From positions 106 to 64,105 of the forward strand of contig JBCLLN010000002.1 in assembly GCA_039738635.1 (NCBI GenBank): 64,000 bases of DNA. The letters run 5' to 3'. The notes under the pieces are model-generated. The model did not search any database and was not told the DNA's origin. It saw nothing but the letters and a program-made list of their open reading frames with translations. This DNA is from Candidatus Saccharimonadia bacterium. Lineage in GTDB: Bacteria; Patescibacteriota; Saccharimonadia; CAILAD01; BJGX01. The position numbers were made by a program, and so were the translations under genes. Shown here piece after piece: positions 45,309 to 55,014 of the stretch. The first letter of the stretch is position 1. The number at the start of each line of letters is the position of its first letter.

Positions 45309-46319
45309 CTAGGATTTTTTAGATTTTGGACGAGCTTGATGTGGTTTACTATTTCTTGGTGTATTACGGCTAGCGTTACTATCATTTGCTCTGGCAATTG
45401 GCACTGCAAAAATCATCTTACCGGCAACAGTCTGGAATATTCGGGTCACCTCACAATCAACATCCTTGCCAATCAGCTTATCGCCCCTATCCACTACTAT
45501 CATAGTGCCGTCTGCCAAGTACCCTACCCCTTGATTCTTTTCTTTGCCAGGCTGTACGACCTTGACCTTCATAATTTCGCCTGGTAATACAACGGCTCTG
45601 ATAGAATTAGCCAGCTCATTGATATTGAGTATCTTAACGCCCTCAATAGTAGCCACTCTATTGAGATTATAGTCCGTAGTAAGAATATTAGCATTATGCT
45701 TTTTAGCTAAGAAAACTAGCTTATGGTCAACCTCTTTAACCTGCTCTGGGTCTTCTTCTATGATATCGAGCTGGAGGCCCTCGCTAGTGCGCATTTCATT
45801 GAGTATTTCTAGCCCTCGCCTCCCTCTACCGCGACGCAGTGGCTCGTCGCTATCGGCAATGTTTTGAAGCTCCGCCAGCACAAACCGTGGCACCAAAAAC
45901 GCACCAGGAATAAACCCAGTAGCTACAATGTCTCCAATACGCCCATCAATGATAGCCGAAGTATCCACTAATATTCGCCTTTCACTTTTGTCTGGTTTTT
46001 GGATCTTGAGCTTCTCGGGCTTATCTTTTTTATCGGACTTTTTAGGTATTAAATTATCCAAAAACTCGTGTTTAGAATAAAACACAAACGCCATAGCAAC
46101 AGCCAGGGCCACACTAACAGCAATCGGAAGATACTGCTTGTATGGTTCAGTCAGTGCTGAAAGTGGTATTGCCACAAGCGAGCCAATGAGGCTTCCAAGA
46201 ATTGCCCCAATCACCACTAAGATAAGCTTTTGGGCACTAAGCTGGGCCAGACGGTAGGTAACTAGCGCTACCACCAATAACACTATTAAAATAATTTCAA
46301 CCACTAGCAAAAATTGCAT
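45309..46319 (-). CDS. Membrane-associated PIN + TRAM domain protein (YacL-like)
   Basis: N-terminal TM helices, a PIN region (ILVDTSAIIDGRI...LTTDYNLNRVA) and a C-terminal TRAM-like region. It sits downstream of radA, as in Firmicutes. Confidence 0.75.
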   Translation of the reverse strand: MQFLLVVEIILIVLLVVALVTYRLAQLSAQKLILVVIGAILGSLIGSLVAIPLSALTEPYKQYLPIAVSVALAVAMAFVFYSKHEFLDNLIPKKSDKKDKPEKLKIQKPDKSERRILVDTSAIIDGRIGDIVATGFIPGAFLVPRFVLAELQNIADSDEPLRRGRGRRGLEILNEMRTSEGLQLDIIEEDPEQVKEVDHKLVFLAKKHNANILTTDYNLNRVATIEGVKILNINELANSIRAVVLPGEIMKVKVVQPGKEKNQGVGYLADGTMIVVDRGDKLIGKDVDCEVTRIFQTVAGKMIFAVPIARANDSNASRNTPRNSKPHQARPKSKKS

Positions 46320-46331
46320 TGTTATCCTTAC

Positions 46332-47657
46332 CTAAAGTAATTTGATGGCATCGGCAATAGTTCTGACATTGGAACAATTGGAACCGTGCACACTGGCCGG
46401 CACGATGGCCTTACTAAACCCCAGCTTACTGGCTTCTTTAAGCCTAATAGCTGGCATATTCACAGATCTAACTTCACCGCTAAGCCCCACCTCACCAAAG
46501 ACGACTGTCTCCGGGCTGACTACTTTTCCGCTGGCTGCGGAAGCTATTGCTAAAATAATTGCGAGATCAATTGCGGGCTCAGATAGTCTGATACCACCTA
46601 CAATATTAACATAGACATCCTGACTACTCAAGTTAACTCGGCCTCTTTTTTGCATTACAGCACACAAAAGTCCCAGCCGATTAATGTCAAATCCGTCGGC
46701 TACTCGCTTGGGATAGCCAAAAACACTAATACTGACTAGGGCCTGGACTTCTACTAAAATTGGTCGGCTTCCTTCCATGCCAACAAATACGATACTTCCT
46801 GGGAGGTCTTGCCTCTCTTGCAATAAAGCCACCGATGGATTCTTAACTGGGCTCAATCCCCCCTCGGTCATCTCTAGCATCCCCACTTCATTGGTAGCAC
46901 CAAAACGGTTTTTAATACCTCTTAGGAGCTTAAGTAATCCATATCTTTCCCCCTCCAAATACATCACCACATCTACCAGATGTTCCATGAGCCGTGGGCC
47001 AGCTACATTTCCCTCTTTGGTAACATGACCAATTACTATAAAGCAGGTATTGGTACTCTTAGCAACCCTAACCAGGCTATTGGTATTATTAGTTATTTGG
47101 CTGGTAGTCCCAGCTGCTCCACTAAGCTCTTGGCTGGCCATAGTTTGTATTGAATCCACTACTATCAATTGGTAATTACCACCATTGGCATGGGCCAGCA
47201 CTTCATCTATGTCGGTTGTAGCTAAAAACTCAAATTCGGTGTGTAGGCCCTTAAGCCTACTCCCCCTGAGCTTAACTTGAGACGCCGATTCTTCCCCACT
47301 GACATATAGTACCTTGCTGGTTTTGGCGATACTAGCTGCTATTTGTAAGACTAGAGTGGACTTACCAATACCTGGATCTCCGGCTAGTAGCGTAATGCTA
47401 CCAGGCACAATTCCACCCCCTAGAACCGAATCTATTTCGATATTGCCGGTGCTAATTCTATTCTTTTCAGACGATGAGATACTATCAAACATCTCTGGCT
47501 TGGTAATAGGGCTTGGTGATACTTTTGGCCTCTTACTCGCGAGCACTACCGACTCCACCAGGCTATCCCAGGCCCCACACTGCATACACCTGCCACTCCA
47601 CTTGCTAGTAGTAGCGCCACAGCTTTGGCAGGTGAATTGAGTTGTTGACTTAATCAT
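46332..47657 (-). CDS. radA: DNA repair protein RadA/Sms
   Basis: Zn-ribbon CQSCGATTSKWSGRCMQCGAW, Walker A GDPGIGKST, the KNRFG motif and a Lon-like C-terminus. Confidence 0.95.
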   Translation of the reverse strand: MIKSTTQFTCQSCGATTSKWSGRCMQCGAWDSLVESVVLASKRPKVSPSPITKPEMFDSISSSEKNRISTGNIEIDSVLGGGIVPGSITLLAGDPGIGKSTLVLQIAASIAKTSKVLYVSGEESASQVKLRGSRLKGLHTEFEFLATTDIDEVLAHANGGNYQLIVVDSIQTMASQELSGAAGTTSQITNNTNSLVRVAKSTNTCFIVIGHVTKEGNVAGPRLMEHLVDVVMYLEGERYGLLKLLRGIKNRFGATNEVGMLEMTEGGLSPVKNPSVALLQERQDLPGSIVFVGMEGSRPILVEVQALVSISVFGYPKRVADGFDINRLGLLCAVMQKRGRVNLSSQDVYVNIVGGIRLSEPAIDLAIILAIASAASGKVVSPETVVFGEVGLSGEVRSVNMPAIRLKEASKLGFSKAIVPASVHGSNCSNVRTIADAIKLL

Positions 47658-47663
47658 AACTTA

Positions 47664-47669
47664 ATTATA
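47664..47669 (-). promoter_or_regulatory. -10 box TATAAT placed 6 nt upstream of the radA ATG (leaderless-type)
   Basis: The minus strand reads ggtgTATAATtaagttATG. Confidence 0.5.
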
Positions 47670-47728
47670 CACCACATAATCAAATAATACGAACAAATAG
47701 CGAATATATATTTTACCCTTTAATTATC

Positions 47729-47757
47729 TTGACATAAGCCATATTATATTGTATGCT
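47729..47757 (+). promoter_or_regulatory. Near-consensus sigma70 promoter (TTGACA-17-TATGCT) for the alpha-CTD-like gene
   Basis: TTGACA is at 47729-47734 and TATGCT at 47752-47757. The TTG start of the track ORF lies inside this promoter. Confidence 0.55.
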
Positions 47758-47790
47758 CACTGTGTCGTATTAGGCTACCCTGAAGGGTGC

Positions 47791-48213
47791 ATGATGACCG
47801 ATGTAGATGGCAAGGCAACAATTACTTTCCAGGTATCTGGAGAGGAAGAAGGTGTGATGGCACAAATTAGGGCCATCATGAGGCTACTGGTTTTGAATGT
47901 CCCTGGCGACTACGAAACCAAGGTTAGCTACATCCATAGCACTGTTCAGGCCGAGGGTGAGGTAGATATATCTACCTTGGGCCTTAAGCAGAGAACAGTA
48001 AATAGCCTAAGGCGGGCAAAAATTCACACAGTTCTGGACTTGACAGCCCGAACACAAGATTCGTTGTGGCACATCAAAAATATTGGCGATGTGGCCCGAG
48101 CCGATATTGCTGAGAGGTTAGCTGCTAATAACTTAACCCTCAATATTGGCGATGTGGCCCGAGCCGATATTCTTGCGAGGTTAGCTGATAACGGCTTAAA
48201 CCTCAAGACCTAA
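47791..48213 (+). CDS. Stand-alone RNA polymerase alpha C-terminal-domain-like (HhH) protein with an internal 21-aa tandem duplication
   Basis: LGLKQRTVNSLRRAKIHTVLDLTARTQDSLWHIKNIGDVARADIAERLAANNLTL matches the alpha-CTD pattern LxLSxRxxNxLKxxxIxTxxDLxxxTxxxLxxIxNxGxKSxxEIxxxLxxxGLxL. The start was moved to ATGATG at 47791, which has an upstream GAAGGG. Confidence 0.65.
   Translation: MMTDVDGKATITFQVSGEEEGVMAQIRAIMRLLVLNVPGDYETKVSYIHSTVQAEGEVDISTLGLKQRTVNSLRRAKIHTVLDLTARTQDSLWHIKNIGDVARADIAERLAANNLTLNIGDVARADILARLADNGLNLKT
48079..48204 (+). repeat. 63-nt x 2 in-frame tandem duplication inside the alpha-CTD-like gene
   Basis: aatattggcgatgtggcccgagccgatatt... occurs at 48079 and again at 48142. 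The two copies encode NIGDVARADIAERLAANNLTL and NIGDVARADILARLADNGLNL. Confidence 0.9.
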
Positions 48214-48230
48214 ATTTTTTTATACTTTAA

Positions 48231-48258
48231 CCCCCCCAGATTTTTTTGGGGGGGTTTT
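48231..48258. terminator. Strong C7/G7 hairpin between convergent genes (bidirectional terminator candidate)
   Basis: The sequence is CCCCCCCagatttttttGGGGGGGtttt. It abuts the clpC stop codon and lies 18 nt after the plus-strand gene. Confidence 0.7.
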
Positions 48259-50738
48259 TACTTAATGCCAGCTCCCACTCTAAGGGTCAGCTCAATTTCG
48301 TCTTGATTTACGCCTACTAGAACTGTGTCCCCAGACTTAACCATCTCATTGACCAGCTCTGTGGCTAATTTGTCCTCTATCAATCTTTGGATTGCTCGCT
48401 TCATAGGTCTAGCGCCATTCTCGGCATCATACCCTTGCTCTACTAAATACTTCTTGACTGCAGGCTTGAATTTTACCCTCACTTCCTTTGCTTCTAGCCT
48501 TTGAGCTAAATCCTTCAATTGTAGCTCGGCTATCTTTCCGATATCAATTCGTGATAGTGCCTTAAAGACCACCACATGGTCAATTCTATTCAAGAACTCT
48601 GGGCGGAACTGTTTCTTGAGCTCGCTGGTGACTTTCTCGGTCATTTGCTCGTGAAGGTGCATCAGCTCCTGTTCTTCCTTGGGGGTATCTGTAGCAAAGC
48701 CTATTTGCGCCTCGTGAGCCATAGCTTTGGCTCCAACATTACTAGTCATAATTATGATGGTATTACTAAAGTCAATCCTCTTGCCCTTGGCATCAGTTAG
48801 CACCCCATCGCCTAGCACTTGCAGGAGCAAATTAAATACATCTGAGTGGGCTTTTTCTATTTCATCAAATACTATCAGACAATACGGCTTTCGGCGAACC
48901 TTCTCTGTCAGCTGGCCGGCGTCTTCATACCCGACATACCCAGCAGGCGCACCGACTAGCCGAGCGATGTTATGCTTTTCCATAAATTCACTCATATCAA
49001 CCTTAATCATCGCATCTTTGTCGTTGAATAATTCCTCGGATAATACTCGTGCTAGCTCTGTTTTGCCAACTCCCGTTGGCCCAAGGAACATAAATGAGCC
49101 TATTGGCTTAGATGGATCGCTAATGCCAGTCCTGCTACGCCGTATGGCCTTGGCTATAACATCTACGGCCTCGTCTTGCCCAATTATTTTAGCTTTGATG
49201 TTTTGATCTAATTTTTTGAGGTTTTCTGTCTCAAATTTTACTAGCTTGGTCATAGGTATTCCCGTAGATTGAGACACGACCTTGGCAATATCATCCACAC
49301 CTACTAATGCTTTTGTGGTGTTCTTACCGCTTGAAGTGATGGCATTAAGCTTTTGTTCTATTTTGCTAGCTTCGGACTTAAGCCTAGCGGCTTGCTCAAA
49401 GTCTTGATTATATACGGCTTCTTCAATTTGCGAGAGGAATACTCCTAGCTGTTTAGTGAGTCGCTTGCCTCGCCCGTCATTACTAGAACTTGATATCCTA
49501 GCCTGTGCGCTGGCCTCGTCTATTAGGTCAATAGCTTTATCGGGCAAGAACCTATCGGCAATATAGCGCTTTGCTAGCTTGGCTGATTCTTCAATTGCCT
49601 CATCGCTAATTTTAACATTATGGAATTTCTCGTAGCGTGGCCTTAACCCCTTAATTACTTCGATAGTCTCATCCACGGTCGATTCGGGTACTATAACTCT
49701 CTGAAATCTGCGCTCTAGAGCGGCGTCCTTTTCAACATATTTTCGGTATTCCTCAAATGTAGTTGCTCCAATAGTCTGTACTTCCCCGCGAGACAGGGCT
49801 GGCTTAAGGATATTGGCCGCATCTATCGCGCCTTCGGCACTACCTGCCCCAACAACATTATGAAGCTCATCAATAAAGAGTATGATGTCTTTTGATGACT
49901 TGACTTCATCAATTATCTTTTTGAGCCTTTCCTCGAATTCCCCTCGGAATTTAGTGCCAGCGATGACTGAGGCCATATCAAGCATAACAAGACGCTTGCC
50001 CAAGAGCATTTCAGGGACTTTCTCGTCTACTATTCTTTTAGCTAACCCTTCTACGATGGCTGTCTTGCCCACCCCTGGCTCACCTATTAAGACTGGATTA
50101 TTTTTACTACGACGGTTAAGGATTTGAATCATCCTATCAATTTGTGCTTCTCTGCCCACGACTGGGTCTAGGTCACCCTTTAAGGCTTTTGTGGTAAGGT
50201 CGATGCCAAAATGGTCTAGGGCAGGGGTTTTGGTGTGTTTTACGCCTTTAGAATTAATTGATCCCTGAGGGATTTCTACCTGTGAGGGCTGGGAGTTTAG
50301 GTACTGCTCAAGCTCGGAGCGAATTACTACTGGATCTATGTTCATATCTTTGAGTATTGAGATTGCCCGTGAATTCTTCTGGCTTAGAATGGCATATAGT
50401 AAGTGCTCTGTTCCGGCATAGGGCTGGCCATATTGCTGGGCTAAGCGTAGCGCTGAGGCGGCAGTTTGCTTGGCGGTTTCCGATAGCTCAAGAACGGCAG
50501 GCGCAGTAGATGAGCTCATATTATGGTTGCCAGCAATGGGTACATTATCAAGCCTTACTCCTAATTCTCCAAGTAACCGGGCCCCGATAGAGCTGGGGGC
50601 TTTTAGCATTCCAAGCAGTAAGTGCTCTGTGCCTACATAACTTGAGCCCATACTAATAGCCAGCAAGCCGGCATTTTCCAAGCTTTTTTTGGCATTTAGT
50701 GTAAATCTATCAAAATGGGCTAAAAAGTCTTCTTGCAT
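48258..50738 (-). CDS. clpC: ATP-dependent Clp protease ATP-binding subunit ClpC
   Basis: 826 aa with two Clp_N repeats, two AAA+ modules ([16 protein letters not shown]), a UVR-like linker ([20 protein letters not shown]) and an IGF loop. Confidence 0.9.
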   Translation of the reverse strand: MQEDFLAHFDRFTLNAKKSLENAGLLAISMGSSYVGTEHLLLGMLKAPSSIGARLLGELGVRLDNVPIAGNHNMSSSTAPAVLELSETAKQTAASALRLAQQYGQPYAGTEHLLYAILSQKNSRAISILKDMNIDPVVIRSELEQYLNSQPSQVEIPQGSINSKGVKHTKTPALDHFGIDLTTKALKGDLDPVVGREAQIDRMIQILNRRSKNNPVLIGEPGVGKTAIVEGLAKRIVDEKVPEMLLGKRLVMLDMASVIAGTKFRGEFEERLKKIIDEVKSSKDIILFIDELHNVVGAGSAEGAIDAANILKPALSRGEVQTIGATTFEEYRKYVEKDAALERRFQRVIVPESTVDETIEVIKGLRPRYEKFHNVKISDEAIEESAKLAKRYIADRFLPDKAIDLIDEASAQARISSSSNDGRGKRLTKQLGVFLSQIEEAVYNQDFEQAARLKSEASKIEQKLNAITSSGKNTTKALVGVDDIAKVVSQSTGIPMTKLVKFETENLKKLDQNIKAKIIGQDEAVDVIAKAIRRSRTGISDPSKPIGSFMFLGPTGVGKTELARVLSEELFNDKDAMIKVDMSEFMEKHNIARLVGAPAGYVGYEDAGQLTEKVRRKPYCLIVFDEIEKAHSDVFNLLLQVLGDGVLTDAKGKRIDFSNTIIIMTSNVGAKAMAHEAQIGFATDTPKEEQELMHLHEQMTEKVTSELKKQFRPEFLNRIDHVVVFKALSRIDIGKIAELQLKDLAQRLEAKEVRVKFKPAVKKYLVEQGYDAENGARPMKRAIQRLIEDKLATELVNEMVKSGDTVLVGVNQDEIELTLRVGAGIK

Positions 50739-50780
50739 TGCACTTATCCTTCTTATACATATTAGCAGATTTTTTGGTTT

Positions 50781-52094
50781 TTAGTTGTCTTTGCTGTCGT
50801 CTTGCGAGTCTTTCTTTGTTGGTTTTTTAATTTTTTTATCGGCTAGCTTGCTGCTTGGTTTGGCTGGCTTGGTGAGTTTTGGTTTAGCTTTTGGGCTGGG
50901 TGTCGCTAGGCTAGGTTTGATATCGGTTTGCGGTGCTTCGGTGGTATCATCGGTTGCGGACTGTACATCACTTGCTGCAATTAACGAATCTTCTATATCC
51001 CCTGTCCGTTTTGGTTTTTGACTGGGAGTACCCTCTATTTCTTTAGCCGTTTGCTCTATTCCAGAATCGTCCGATCCATCTATATCTACATTCCACCCGG
51101 TAAGCTTGGCTGCTAGACGAACATTTTGCCCGGCCTTGCCAATTGCTAGGCTAAGCTGATCTTCAGGAACTTTGACTACGGCTTTTTTGGTTGCTTCATC
51201 TAGTTTGACACTAATAACTTTGGTTGGGGAGAGAGCATTGGCAATGTACTCTGAGGGATTATCACTATAGGCGATGATATCAATCTTTTCCTCGCCTAAT
51301 TCTCCCATTACAGCCTGCACTCTGGTGCCTCGGCCACCTACAAAAGTTCCTACTGCATCAACGCCCTGGGCATTTGATTTAACAGAGATTTTGGTGCGAG
51401 CACCTGCTTCTCGGGCGATTCCAGCAATCTCTACTGTGCCATTTTCAATTTCTGGTACTTCCAGCTCAAAGAGTCTACTAACCATATCTGGATGGGTTCG
51501 GCTAACTACAATTTGTGGTCCCCTATTAGTTTGCTCGACTCTTACCACGAAGACCTTAATACGCTGGCCAGGATAGTATTTTTCGTTTGGTATTTGGTCA
51601 TTAGGGAACATTACGCCAGTTGCCTTACCAAGATCAATATAGGCGTTACCGTTCTCAAACTGCTGTACGGTGGCATTGATTATTAATCCTTCCTTATCGC
51701 TAAATTCAGTAAATACCACATCCCTCTCGGCTTCCCTAATACGCTGAACTATTACCTGCTTCGCGGTCTGGGCAGCTACTCGTCCAAACTCCTTGTTGGC
51801 TTCTTTGATTTCAACCATTTCACCAAGCTTGGCAGTTTTATTAGTTTTCTTAGCATCCTGAAGGGTTATTTGAGTCATAGCATCCTTAACATCCCCAACC
51901 ACTTCTTTGGTTACAAACACAGTAGCCTCCCCCGTATTTGGGTTAAGCTCAGCGCGTACCTCTTGCTCCTTGTCGCCAAAGTCCTTTTTGAAGGCTGCCA
52001 CAATGGAAGCAGAGATAGCCTCTAGTACCATATCTTTAGATATTCCTTTTTCTTCACATATTTGTTCTATTGCTGATAAAAATTGATTTTGCAC
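50781..52094 (-). CDS. nusA: Transcription termination/antitermination factor NusA (GTG start) with a Lys/Pro-rich C-terminal tail
   Basis: It has an N-terminal domain, an S1 domain and two KH domains (SLAIGKAGQNVRLAAKLTGW). AGGAGA lies upstream of the GTG. Confidence 0.93.
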   Translation of the reverse strand: MQNQFLSAIEQICEEKGISKDMVLEAISASIVAAFKKDFGDKEQEVRAELNPNTGEATVFVTKEVVGDVKDAMTQITLQDAKKTNKTAKLGEMVEIKEANKEFGRVAAQTAKQVIVQRIREAERDVVFTEFSDKEGLIINATVQQFENGNAYIDLGKATGVMFPNDQIPNEKYYPGQRIKVFVVRVEQTNRGPQIVVSRTHPDMVSRLFELEVPEIENGTVEIAGIAREAGARTKISVKSNAQGVDAVGTFVGGRGTRVQAVMGELGEEKIDIIAYSDNPSEYIANALSPTKVISVKLDEATKKAVVKVPEDQLSLAIGKAGQNVRLAAKLTGWNVDIDGSDDSGIEQTAKEIEGTPSQKPKRTGDIEDSLIAASDVQSATDDTTEAPQTDIKPSLATPSPKAKPKLTKPAKPSSKLADKKIKKPTKKDSQDDSKDN

Positions 52095-52143
52095 ATCGTC
52101 TCCTATTTGATTGTTATTAAATTGTCACCTGAAAGCTTTGAAG

Positions 52144-52171
52144 AAAAAAAGCCGCTACAACTGTTGCGACC
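52144..52171 (-). promoter_or_regulatory. Weak hairpin plus U7 tract in the nusA leader (attenuator/terminator candidate)
   Basis: The minus strand reads ggtcgcaacagttgtagcggcTTTTTTTc, lying between the candidate promoter and the nusA start. Confidence 0.4.
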
Positions 52172-52208
52172 GTCTTGCTGACATTCTTTTTTATACACTA
52201 TGAATACT

Positions 52209-52238
52209 ATTTTAGCCTCTTTGGCACTGCTATGTCAA
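52209..52238 (-). promoter_or_regulatory. sigma70-like promoter for nusA (TTGACA-18-TAAAAT)
   Basis: On the minus strand, TTGACA is at 52238-52233 and TAAAAT at 52214-52209. Confidence 0.5.
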
Positions 52239-52251
52239 GAGTACTAGGCTA

Positions 52252-52599
52252 TTATACTGCGTTTTGGATATGCTCAATAGCTCCCTGCTGGTCAATTGCG
52301 ATAACATCTATTCTGGGTTGCAAAAGGTCATATTTATCACTCTCCCCTAACCAATACTGAAAGGAGTTCCGCAAGCGTCTCTTTTTATTGGCAGTAATAG
52401 CCTCTAGCCCCCCGCCATAATGGCTGTTTTTGCGATATTTAACCTCTACTAAGCAAATATAATCATCATTATGGGCGATAATATCTATTTCGCTATAGCG
52501 GTTTCTGATATTACGACCCACTATTGTGTAGCCATTATCGGTCAGGTATTGAGCTGACAAATCCTCGGCCATATTGCCTACTAGGGTAGTGTTTTTCAT
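52252..52599 (-). CDS. yraN: YraN-family (UPF0102) endonuclease-like protein (start trimmed)
   Basis: AEDLSAQYLTDNGYTIVGRNIRNRYSEIDIIA...LVEVKYR. The ATGA overlaps the rnhB stop. Confidence 0.85.
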   Translation of the reverse strand: MKNTTLVGNMAEDLSAQYLTDNGYTIVGRNIRNRYSEIDIIAHNDDYICLVEVKYRKNSHYGGGLEAITANKKRRLRNSFQYWLGESDKYDLLQPRIDVIAIDQQGAIEHIQNAV

Positions 52600-53198
52600 A
52601 AATAATTCCCGCAAAAGCTCTGGCGGTGGAGGCTCGAGAGGCCATTTTGCCGGATTGAGCTAATATGCGTTTTGGTGCCATAGCCAACATTGGTGCCAAA
52701 GCTATAATCTGGATATTGGCGAGCTTGCTTAATCATATAATTATCGCGAGCGACTTTGGCAATAATACTGGCCGCTGCCACACAAGAGACCTGCTGATCG
52801 GCTTTTGCGAGAGTCTGAGCCACGCCATACTCACTAAGGTAGTCATAATTTCCATCAATTATTAGTAGGCTAAACTCTGAGTTCATAGCTTCTAGCGCCC
52901 TCAGGTAGGCCAGCCTAACTGACTCGGTCAAGCCTACAGTATCTATCTCGGCATTACTAACCCACCCTAGCCCACTGGCTAGGGCTTTTTTGATAATAAA
53001 CTCGCTTAATATCTGCCGAGAGGTGCTATTTAAGAGCTTTGAATCCCGCAGTGGCTTACGCCAACCGGCTGGTAAGATTACAGAGGCAGCGACAAGTGGG
53101 CCAGCTAGGCTACCCCTGCCCACCTCGTCAATACCACATACAAGCATACGCCCGTTAGCGCGGATGGTATTCTCTAATTTGGTTGATGCATAAATCAT
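52596..53198 (-). CDS. rnhB: Ribonuclease HII
   Basis: GIDEVGRGSLAGPLVAA and a typical RNase HII length. The rnhB-yraN pairing is common. Confidence 0.93.
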   Translation of the reverse strand: MIYASTKLENTIRANGRMLVCGIDEVGRGSLAGPLVAASVILPAGWRKPLRDSKLLNSTSRQILSEFIIKKALASGLGWVSNAEIDTVGLTESVRLAYLRALEAMNSEFSLLIIDGNYDYLSEYGVAQTLAKADQQVSCVAAASIIAKVARDNYMIKQARQYPDYSFGTNVGYGTKTHISSIRQNGLSSLHRQSFCGNYL

Positions 53199-53380
53199 AT
53201 TGTTCTCTAATAAGAGATTATACTGGACTTATATGAAAATAGGGCTATTGTAGCGCACCTAAAACTCTCAAAAGCCTATCGGCAGGACAGACACCATTAT
53301 ATCTAAAAAGGATGCTAGCCATCCAGCCATTAAGGATATTGAGCCTATCCAGGAGCTAATGGTATGAATGGGCTAATATT

Positions 53381-54487
53381 TTATCGTGTCCAGATGCGGA
53401 CATAATCAAATTCAACGGTGCTGGGCAGGGTGTTATCTAGGCTGCTTGGTTTAATATCATTTTGAAGCATGATGAATTGCCCGGTGTTTTTGTAGCAAGT
53501 CTCGTACGGTGAGCCAAGTTGCACTCCGTTGTAATAATAGGTCAAAAGTGCCGAATCCGGTGTGTTGGGTGTTGCCGAACAGTCTCTTGATCTTCTTTCT
53601 AAACTAGCACCAAAGGTATGCCAACCGCTAGTTTGCCCAATGTTGCCTATGGGTTTCTTCCATTCGTCATTATCTTTGGCTCGTCCGGCGTGTACATTTG
53701 CTGCTGCGAATCCTTCCAAACATTCCATTACATCGTTTTCCAGGAACATCGGCCACTCCGCACCACCAGTATGTACCCCATTGGTCCAGATACCCGCCCA
53801 GTTTGCGCAACCTATGGTGCCATTTGCTGGGGGCATATACATCTTTGTCTCAACATAGAAAGAACCTGTTATTACTTTGTCAGCATGTGTACTTGCGTAC
53901 CCTGACGCATGAGTATATGTGATGCCATTGGTAGCTGTGCAACTTCGCAGGTCAAGGGTAAGCTTAAGTGTTCCGCCGTTCACCTTTGTTTGTGCCGGAT
54001 CTTCACAGTTTGTCATACTACTATTGCTTGCTTTTGTTATAGCCGTATCAGTCCCACCAAGATAATTTGGCCGCCATTTAGTAAGGTCGAGCGAGGTGCC
54101 ACCAAATTCATCCCACCAATCAAAATTCCATGTTCCGCTTGGGCCATTTAAAAGACCGTATCGACAGGGCGTTTGGGGGCTAGTAGGAACAGAACCATCT
54201 GGCGCTGTTGTCGGTTTACAATCGCCCGATGGTGGCGCAGTGGTACCAAAAGCTATGGCTTTACCGCCAGAGGCAGTAGTATCATCTATTCTAGTAGCTG
54301 GAGATTGGACATTAGAAGCTGTACTTTCTGGCTCTATACTAAAAGATGGGGTGGCTGCTCTGCTTATGAATAAAAAGAGCATACCAAACAGCATAAATAA
54401 TCCGACAGAAACTAATATCATCTGCTTATTTTTGGCTAATTTGCTACTCAAGTTAAGCTTGGTTAGTTTGCTACTCAAGTTAAGCAT
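53381..54487 (-). CDS. Secreted GH16-like (concanavalin-like) glycoside hydrolase carrying the shared N-terminal module
   Basis: A signal peptide ending ISRAA is followed by TPSFSIEPESTASNVQSPATRIDDTTASGGKAIAFG. The catalytic ExDxxE-type motif is ENDVMEC. The N-terminus has the tandem LNLSSKLTK/LNLSSKLAK. Confidence 0.7.
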   Translation of the reverse strand: MLNLSSKLTKLNLSSKLAKNKQMILVSVGLFMLFGMLFLFISRAATPSFSIEPESTASNVQSPATRIDDTTASGGKAIAFGTTAPPSGDCKPTTAPDGSVPTSPQTPCRYGLLNGPSGTWNFDWWDEFGGTSLDLTKWRPNYLGGTDTAITKASNSSMTNCEDPAQTKVNGGTLKLTLDLRSCTATNGITYTHASGYASTHADKVITGSFYVETKMYMPPANGTIGCANWAGIWTNGVHTGGAEWPMFLENDVMECLEGFAAANVHAGRAKDNDEWKKPIGNIGQTSGWHTFGASLERRSRDCSATPNTPDSALLTYYYNGVQLGSPYETCYKNTGQFIMLQNDIKPSSLDNTLPSTVEFDYVRIWTR

Positions 54488-54501
54488 CTCCTACACTTCC
54501 A

Positions 54502-54993
54502 TTATTCGACTATGACTGTTCCGCCTGCTTTACTGGGGTTTTGCTCGTCATGGTAAGTGTATGTGCCGGCCTTGTCAAAAGTAAAACCAAAAGTGTCATT
54601 CTGGTTGAGGATAACAGTGGAGTCAAAGTCTGGTATAGAGTCATTTTTTGGGTATGGGTCAGCGGCTACTTGGTGGGGTTTGCCGTCGGTATTGGTCCAA
54701 GTGATTTGGGTTCCGGCCTTAACCTGTATGGTGGCTGGCACGAACCCATTAGCAGTAATCTGAACATTGGCCACTTTTTGGGCTTCAACTACAGAGTTCG
54801 CGTTGTTATTAGTCGAAGACTTTTTACTGTTGTTCATTGATACAAACAGCGTCACAACCACAATCAAAACCAAAACTACCAAAGCTACAACAGCGATTAT
54901 CATTATACGCTTGTTAGGTCGTGGAGCTTTAACTGCTACGCTTAGCTTGGGAGCCTCTTGTGGTGTTTGTTGTTTGATTTGATCCTCATTCAT
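54502..54993 (-). CDS. Membrane-anchored cupredoxin-fold-like protein lacking Cys
   Basis: A TM anchor is followed by VQITANGFVPATIQVKAGTQITWTNTDGKPHQV...GTYTYHDEQNP...GTVIV. There is no cysteine anywhere, so a type-1 copper site is not possible. Confidence 0.5.
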   Translation of the reverse strand: MNEDQIKQQTPQEAPKLSVAVKAPRPNKRIMIIAVVALVVLVLIVVVTLFVSMNNSKKSSTNNNANSVVEAQKVANVQITANGFVPATIQVKAGTQITWTNTDGKPHQVAADPYPKNDSIPDFDSTVILNQNDTFGFTFDKAGTYTYHDEQNPSKAGGTVIVE

Positions 54994-55014
54994 TGTCTTC
55001 TATTCTACTCCTCT

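Noticed and set aside
53381-54515. Overlapping plus-strand ORFs across the GH16-like gene (53562..53922, 53909..54515).
   Set aside because: They are antisense to a gene with a clear signal peptide and catalytic motif. The 54096..54515 ORF merely mirrors the conserved module region (the ...ALPPEAVVSS... shadow seen in all cassette copies).
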